DNA of 64,000 nt, from positions 3,120-67,119 of the forward strand of contig CAWURO010000007.1 of the NCBI GenBank assembly GCA_963924815.1. Direction: 5' to 3'. The stretch is from an uncultured Bacteroidia bacterium. Lineage in GTDB: Bacteria > Bacteroidota > Bacteroidia > NS11-12g > UBA9320. This document shows, piece after piece, positions 58,321 through 64,000 of this stretch. Position numbers and translations under genes: made by a program. Under the pieces are notes generated by a model. The model had not been told where the DNA came from. It ran no database searches and worked only from the letters and a program-made list of their open reading frames with translations. Numbering within the stretch: position 1 is the stretch's first letter; each line of letters starts with the position of its first letter.

Positions 58321-58977
58321 ATGAAAAAAGTAATGTTACTCCTGTCGGTTTTAAGTTTAATACTTGTAAACCCGGCTCCATCAATCTCGAGTGCTCAAGA
58401 TAATCAAAGCAGTGCTCTATTAAGTAAACTGAGCAAGACTTATAAGACCTATAAATCTGTAAAGGCAACGTTTTCTATAGATGTAAAAAATAAACAAACA
58501 GATGTAGGTGTAAAGCAGAGCGGAATTCTTTATCAAAAGGCAAAGAAGTTTAGAATTACAATGTCAGGCCAAGAAATATATTGTGATGGTAAGACCATAT
58601 GGACTTACCTAGAAGGAGCTAATGAAGTGCAAATTTCAAAGTACGATCCCAAAACAATGGATATAAATCCTTCAGAAATTTTTACCATTTATGAAAAGGG
58701 GTTTATACATAAATATAGTGGTCAGGTTACCAGAGGTTCGCAAAAAATTGATGTGGTAGAACTTACTCCTATAGACAAGACCAAAGGTTATTTCAAAGTG
58801 AAGTTGGGCATTGATAAGGTTGCTAATAAGATTAAAGAAATGTCTGTGTATTCAAAGAATGGTATGGTGACCACTTATGATATTCAAAAATTTGAACCTA
58901 ATGTAGCGATAAATGATGCTTATTTTAAGTTTAATCCAAAGGAAAAACCTGGTGTTATTGAAATCGACTTAAGATAA
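58321..58977 (+). CDS. LolA-like outer-membrane lipoprotein carrier protein
   Basis: 218 aa with a signal peptide and a LolA-family pattern (F.Q......G.LY.K...FR). It sits directly after ftsK. Confidence 0.75.
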   Translation: MKKVMLLLSVLSLILVNPAPSISSAQDNQSSALLSKLSKTYKTYKSVKATFSIDVKNKQTDVGVKQSGILYQKAKKFRITMSGQEIYCDGKTIWTYLEGANEVQISKYDPKTMDINPSEIFTIYEKGFIHKYSGQVTRGSQKIDVVELTPIDKTKGYFKVKLGIDKVANKIKEMSVYSKNGMVTTYDIQKFEPNVAINDAYFKFNPKEKPGVIEIDLR

Positions 58978-58982
58978 GCAAA

Positions 58983-59453
58983 ATGAAAAATAAAATGATT
59001 TTAACGCTGCTATTTGCAGCGTTTTTTATTTCGTGTCATTCAGGCAGAAACATTAGTAAGAATATCTTATCTGAGGCGTTTATTTCCATTGAGAAAACAC
59101 CTTGCTATGGCACATGTCCCGTTTATAGTATGTCTATAGATGGCGATGGAGTAGCCTTGCTTAGAGGAGGCGCTTTTATGGATGAGGTTGGTTTTTTTTA
59201 TTCAACGGTACAAGCAGCTTCGGTAAGTTCATTATTCATGCAGGCTGAGGTCTGCGACTGGAATAGCTATGATAGTACTTATATGAACCAATATCTGGAT
59301 CTTCCTTCTACTATTATTCGCTTCTCTATGAATGCTAAAGACACAATAACGGTGCAATACAATACAGTTAATACGCCCGAGCAATTAAAATTGTTGGGAA
59401 ATAAGCTCGCATTTCTGCAAGAAAAAATGGACTGGAAACCCGTGTCTAAATAA
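58983..59453 (+). CDS. Hypothetical lipoprotein (DUF6438-like, EKTPCYGTCPVY motif)
   Basis: 156 aa with lipobox FFISCHS and a conserved-looking CYGTCPVYS motif. The family assignment is from memory. Confidence 0.55.
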   Translation: MKNKMILTLLFAAFFISCHSGRNISKNILSEAFISIEKTPCYGTCPVYSMSIDGDGVALLRGGAFMDEVGFFYSTVQAASVSSLFMQAEVCDWNSYDSTYMNQYLDLPSTIIRFSMNAKDTITVQYNTVNTPEQLKLLGNKLAFLQEKMDWKPVSK

Positions 59454-59475
59454 GTCTAATAATAGACGACCAACT

Positions 59476-61371
59476 TTAGCTATCTAGTTTTTCATAGATA
59501 GAATTATTACTAATATACTCAGGAACAATTTTTTTCATGGTTTTAACTAGAGTATCATTTTTCAACGAATCTTTTTGGTCATATAATTTGTTAATAATAT
59601 TATTCACCTCTAGGTAGTTGTATTCAGGTACTCTTGCTATCATTATTTTGGGATTATGGGTGCCAATGGTATTTTCATTATCATTTAATAACTCCTCTCT
59701 TAGTTTCTCACCTGGTCTAAGCCCAGTAAAGGTAATCTTGATGTCTTTGTCTACTTCAAAACCAGATAGCTTTATCATTTTATGAGCAAGATCTATGATT
59801 TTTATAGATTCACCCATATCAAAAATGTATATCTCACCGCCATCACCCATAACTCCGGCTTCCAGCACCAATTGACAAGCTTCGGGTATAGTCATAAAAT
59901 AGCGGGTAATCTCAGGATGTGTAACGGTTACAGGTCCACCTTCTTCAATTTGTTTTTTAAATAACGGGATTACAGATCCATTACTTCCTAATACGTTTCC
60001 AAATCTAGTTGTGATGTACATCGTGTGATGATCAGACTCAAGTCTTAATTTTGCATTGAGTGACTGCACATAAATTTCTGCAATGCGCTTAGAAGCGCCC
60101 ATTATGTTGGTTGGGTTTACCGCTTTATCGGTGCTAACAAATACGAATTTCTTAACTTGGTATTTCGCAGATAGATTGGCTATGTTCTGGGTACCAAAAA
60201 CATTGGTGTTTATGGCTTCATAAGGATTACCTTCCATAAGAGGAACATGCTTGTAGGCCGCAGCATGAAAAACATAGGATGGTTTAAAATGCTCAAATAT
60301 TTTTTCCATTCTGGAAACATTTCGAACATCCCCTACTATAATTTCTATATTTTGCCCAGACAGTTCATTTTCTATTTCGTAAAGTGGTGTTTCACCTTGG
60401 TCAACAAGTACAACGAGTTTTGGCTTAAAAGAAAGGCATTGTCTTACAATCTCACTTCCAATAGATCCTGCCGCCCCGGTAATTAAGATAACTTGATCCT
60501 TTAATTCGTTGCTTATTTTATTCTTTCGTAGTTTAATAGGCTCTCGCTCTAACAAATCTTGAATTTTAATAGCTTTAATGCTTTGAAGATTGAATTCTCC
60601 ATTAATCCATGCGCTAACAGGTGGGATGGATTTAACGCTTATCTTATGTTGAAGGCAATGCTCAATTATCCTTTTTTTACGAATAGGGCTCAATTCATTT
60701 AACGCTATAATCAGCTCTGCATTAAACGGATTTTTAAAAATTTCATTAAGATTCACATCGGGTGAATAAATTTTAATGCCCTCTAAGGTTTTTCCATGCA
60801 GTTGCTTATTATCATCTAAAAATGCAACTACTTTTTTTCCTAACTTTACGTTTCTTTCAACAGATCGCTTGACAATTATACCAGCTTCCCCAGCACCATA
60901 GATAATTAATTCTGTGGTATCTCGTGATTTGAACGGTGCATACTCATTATATAGCAATTTAAATATGATTCTAAATCCAGTTAGAGCAGAAAGGGCAATC
61001 AAACTATCTATTATTATGACCGCAGGATTTATGTAAGTCCGTATGGAGTTTAACTCAAAAATAAGCTCTGCGGTAAGCAGAATAGCTGTACTTAGCGCTA
61101 TGGCAAAAAATATTCTAATGGCATCTTGTGTGCTGGTGTATCTTACGATGCCAGAATATGAGCGAGTAATCCGAAATGCTATGAGCCTAACGAAAAGAAC
61201 AATAAGTAACGGTCGTAAATAAGTAAAAAGTTGAAGTTCAAAAGATTTAATAAACACTTCGGTAAGGAGACACGCAAAACCAAAGGATATCCCCGAAATT
61301 ATTAAGTCGATAATTAATACTACCCATCTAGGAGTATTTTGTCTGGTAAATAGTTTGATTGACCTTATCAT
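59476..61371 (-). CDS. Polysaccharide biosynthesis protein, membrane-anchored NDP-sugar 4,6-dehydratase/epimerase (CapD/PglF/WbpM family)
   Basis: 631 aa with four N-terminal TM helices, two Rossmann regions (YGAGEAG, ITGAAGSIGSE), and an SDR catalytic region (ASK). Confidence 0.88.
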   Translation of the reverse strand: MIRSIKLFTRQNTPRWVVLIIDLIISGISFGFACLLTEVFIKSFELQLFTYLRPLLIVLFVRLIAFRITRSYSGIVRYTSTQDAIRIFFAIALSTAILLTAELIFELNSIRTYINPAVIIIDSLIALSALTGFRIIFKLLYNEYAPFKSRDTTELIIYGAGEAGIIVKRSVERNVKLGKKVVAFLDDNKQLHGKTLEGIKIYSPDVNLNEIFKNPFNAELIIALNELSPIRKKRIIEHCLQHKISVKSIPPVSAWINGEFNLQSIKAIKIQDLLEREPIKLRKNKISNELKDQVILITGAAGSIGSEIVRQCLSFKPKLVVLVDQGETPLYEIENELSGQNIEIIVGDVRNVSRMEKIFEHFKPSYVFHAAAYKHVPLMEGNPYEAINTNVFGTQNIANLSAKYQVKKFVFVSTDKAVNPTNIMGASKRIAEIYVQSLNAKLRLESDHHTMYITTRFGNVLGSNGSVIPLFKKQIEEGGPVTVTHPEITRYFMTIPEACQLVLEAGVMGDGGEIYIFDMGESIKIIDLAHKMIKLSGFEVDKDIKITFTGLRPGEKLREELLNDNENTIGTHNPKIMIARVPEYNYLEVNNIINKLYDQKDSLKNDTLVKTMKKIVPEYISNNSIYEKLDS

Positions 61372-61475
61372 GTATGACGTTTCCTGCTTTAGATTTTATA
61401 AAAGTATAACAAATTTATCAAAAATAAGCATATTTATTTTTTTGCGCTTGGTGAATTGCCAGTTAACTTAAAAAA

Positions 61476-63752
61476 TTAAATCCTACGCAGCTTGGCAAAT
61501 TTTAATACCAATGTTTTTTCTCCAAATTCTTCAAAGTGTATAGTAGCTTTCTCACTTCCAATGTTTCCTTCTAGCGTGGTTACAGTTCCTTTGCCGAAAC
61601 GCTGGTGCTCAAGATGCATCCCGACAGATATATCTTTAAGGTCTTCAGCAACAAAGTTAGTAATAGCTGGAGGTCTATTAATTATTGGCTGATTTTGTTT
61701 CGCAATAGTTCTACGTAAAGAACTTACCGGCGGATTGGTGTCGGATTCTCGGTCTATCCCTATAGTTTGTTTTTTAGACGTCATTAGCCTTCGATCTAAT
61801 TCTAAATAGGAGCTATCTATTTCATCAATAAATCTACTTGGTTCGCAAGGTAATAGTGTGCCAAATTTAAACCTTGAAGTGGCAAATGATAATACTAAGT
61901 CTTCTTCAGCTCGAGTAATAGCAACGTAAAACAGCCGTCTTTCTTCCTCTAAATCAGATCGACTACCAAGCGACATCTGAGATGGGAATAAGTTTTCTTC
62001 TAAGCCAGAAACAAAAACCTTCTTGTATTCTAGTCCTTTTGATTGATGAATAGTCATCAATGAGACCGTATCAACATCATCTATATTCTTATCAGAATCG
62101 GTTAACAAGGCGATGTCTTGTAAATAACTTCCCAAATTCTTTTCGGATTCATTAGTATCATCTTCTACAAATTCCTTGATGCCGTTAAGTAATTCCACCA
62201 CATTCTCGTATTTACTAATACCTTCTATGGTTTTGTCTTCGTTCAGGGATTTAAGCAAGTTAGTAGTTCGTGCAACGTGCATGGCCATGTCGTATGCATT
62301 TTGGGAATCATTCATGGTTATAAAACTTTGCATCATATTAATAAAGTCTCTGAATTTTGGAATGGCAGATTTTAAGTCCGAGTAATAATTTGCGTTAAAA
62401 ATAATTTCCCAATAACTCTTATCCTCTTGAATGGACAGTATGCCTACCTTATCCATAGTTGTTTTACCGATTCCACGGGCAGGGTAGTTAATAATACGTT
62501 TTAAGGCTTCTTCGTCATTGTGATTTATGACCAATCGGAGATAGGCAATAATATCTTTTATTTCCTTACGCTGATAAAAACTCATGCCACCATATATCCT
62601 ATAGGGTATATTTAATTTTCTCAGGGCTTCTTCCAGGCTTCGTGATTGCGAATTGGTGCGATACAGAACAGCAAAATCACTGTTGTTTTTTTGCTCAGTC
62701 ATTTTAGTCTCAAAAATATTTTGAGCAATTAATTTACCCTCTTCATTATCCGTCACGGCACGAATAATTTTTATCTTATTACCCAATTGATTACTAGTCC
62801 ATACTTTTTTTTCTAGCTGGTCTTTGTTTTTAGCAATTACACTATTTGCAGCACTTACAATGGTTTCACTTGAGCGATAATTTTGCTCTAGTTTAAAAAC
62901 TTTAAGATCAGGGTAATCTTTCTCGAAATTGAGAATGTTTTTGATAGTAGCACCTCTAAATGAGTAAATACTCTGTGCGTCATCGCCCACTACGCAAATG
63001 TTTTCAAATACAGAGGCAAGTTTTTTAACAATCATGTATTGGCAGTGATTGGTATCTTGGTACTCATCTACCATTACATATTTAAACTTATGTTGATACT
63101 TGTTCAGTACCTCGGGAAAATTATTGAGTAGCTTAAAGGTATTGAGCAGCAGGTCATCAAAATCCATAGCGCCAGATTTAAAACAACGTTTGGCATATTG
63201 CCCATATATTTCAGCAATTTTGCCTCTTCCTGTGGTTTCGTCGTATGCGATTAAGTCTGCTTGTTTTTGATAAACGTGCGCTTGAATAAGGTTGTTCTTA
63301 GCATGGCTAATACGAGAAAGTACATAATTTGGCTTGTATATTTTGTCGTCCAAATTCATCTCCTTTACAATAGTCTTAATCAGACTTTTACTATCGTCAG
63401 AGTCGTATATAGTAAAGTTTTTGGGATAGCCAATTTTGTCTGCTTCCATTCTGAGTATTTTGGCAAATACAGAGTGAAATGTCCCCATCCATATATTTCG
63501 AGCGTCAGCACCAACTACACTTTCTATTCTGTGCCTCATTTCTTTCGCAGCTTTATTGGTAAAGGTTAACGATAAAATATTAAAGGCATCTATACCCGTA
63601 GCTATAAGATGAGCTATACGATAGGTTAATACCCGTGTTTTCCCAGAGCCTGCACCTGCGATTATCATTACGGGGCCTGTGGTTTGTAGGACTGCGGCCT
63701 TTTGTGCAGGATTAAGGGAGTCTAAGTATGGGGCATCAGAATTAGTCATCAA
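61476..63752 (-). CDS. ATP-dependent DNA helicase, UvrD/PcrA/Rep family
   Basis: 758 aa with SF1 motifs AGAGSGKT, VDEYQDTN and YRS, and a C-terminal Tudor-like tail. Confidence 0.93.
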   Translation of the reverse strand: MMTNSDAPYLDSLNPAQKAAVLQTTGPVMIIAGAGSGKTRVLTYRIAHLIATGIDAFNILSLTFTNKAAKEMRHRIESVVGADARNIWMGTFHSVFAKILRMEADKIGYPKNFTIYDSDDSKSLIKTIVKEMNLDDKIYKPNYVLSRISHAKNNLIQAHVYQKQADLIAYDETTGRGKIAEIYGQYAKRCFKSGAMDFDDLLLNTFKLLNNFPEVLNKYQHKFKYVMVDEYQDTNHCQYMIVKKLASVFENICVVGDDAQSIYSFRGATIKNILNFEKDYPDLKVFKLEQNYRSSETIVSAANSVIAKNKDQLEKKVWTSNQLGNKIKIIRAVTDNEEGKLIAQNIFETKMTEQKNNSDFAVLYRTNSQSRSLEEALRKLNIPYRIYGGMSFYQRKEIKDIIAYLRLVINHNDEEALKRIINYPARGIGKTTMDKVGILSIQEDKSYWEIIFNANYYSDLKSAIPKFRDFINMMQSFITMNDSQNAYDMAMHVARTTNLLKSLNEDKTIEGISKYENVVELLNGIKEFVEDDTNESEKNLGSYLQDIALLTDSDKNIDDVDTVSLMTIHQSKGLEYKKVFVSGLEENLFPSQMSLGSRSDLEEERRLFYVAITRAEEDLVLSFATSRFKFGTLLPCEPSRFIDEIDSSYLELDRRLMTSKKQTIGIDRESDTNPPVSSLRRTIAKQNQPIINRPPAITNFVAEDLKDISVGMHLEHQRFGKGTVTTLEGNIGSEKATIHFEEFGEKTLVLKFAKLRRI

Positions 63753-63867
63753 TTAGTTAAGCTCTTTTAAGCCCTCAAAAATCGGCTTTTTTTATTCAGT
63801 AAGGGTTGCATTTCTGGAAACATTTTTTTCACAGCAAGCTAACTTTTAGTAGTATTGCAACAGTATT

Positions 63868-64000
63868 TTGAAAATAGAGAAAACACCTATTGATGGGCTT
63901 CTTATAATTACACCAACGGTATTTGGTGATGAAAGAGGTTATTTTTTTGAAAGCTTCAGAAAAGACACCTTAAAAGAGTACGGTGTTGCAGAGGATTTTG
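63868..64000 (+). CDS. rfbC: dTDP-4-dehydrorhamnose 3,5-epimerase (5' end only)
   Basis: From the TTG at 63868 the frame reads (M)KIEKTPIDGLLIITPTVFGDERGYFFESFRKDTLKEYGVAEDF, the canonical RfbC N-terminus. It runs off the window. Confidence 0.85.
   Translation, partial: MKIEKTPIDGLLIITPTVFGDERGYFFESFRKDTLKEYGVAEDF

Overview
This is a 64-kb chromosomal segment from an AT-rich Bacteroidota genome, most likely Flavobacteriia. Supporting signs: a T9SS C-terminal sorting domain protein, the rpmB-rpmG-DUF4295 trio, recurrent TAnnTTTG -7 promoter boxes, almost no Shine-Dalgarno sequences, and bshC. The window is densely packed with about 60 protein genes, nearly all core housekeeping. They include dnaA, typA, rpsF-rpsR-rplI, dnaX, rnhB, rpmB-rpmG, ftsY, rimO, bshC, tpiA, rpmE, hisS, lon, pfkA, gyrB, ansA-pyrB-pyrR, rpsA, carA, eno, ftsK, lolA-like, a capD-like gene, uvrD/pcrA and the start of rfbC. 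I recognised no rRNA, tRNA, CRISPR array, transposase, integrase or obvious defence or accessory island. I did not find a convincing novel multi-gene system, so this looks like an ordinary core region. The observations most worth a second look are these: (1) dnaX is split at an A10 run, so full-length tau is reachable only by a -1 shift or a one-A insertion, while standard decoding gives a gamma-like product. This is either a recoding candidate or a homopolymer sequencing error. (2) The rpsA leader carries a perfect Shine-Dalgarno, a 3-codon uORF whose stop overlaps a TTG start, and the protein has a Rho_N/HeH-like C-terminal tail. (3) In a recurrent architecture, the TAnnTTTG -7 box sits 4-5 nt from the start codon, which predicts leaderless mRNAs. 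(4) Two small conserved ORFs are missing from the ORF track: DUF4295, and a CCGxxCxHCP mini-protein overlapping a Kv-like channel gene. Several ORF-track starts are TTG codons that lie inside the TTTG of a promoter box, so I moved those starts downstream.
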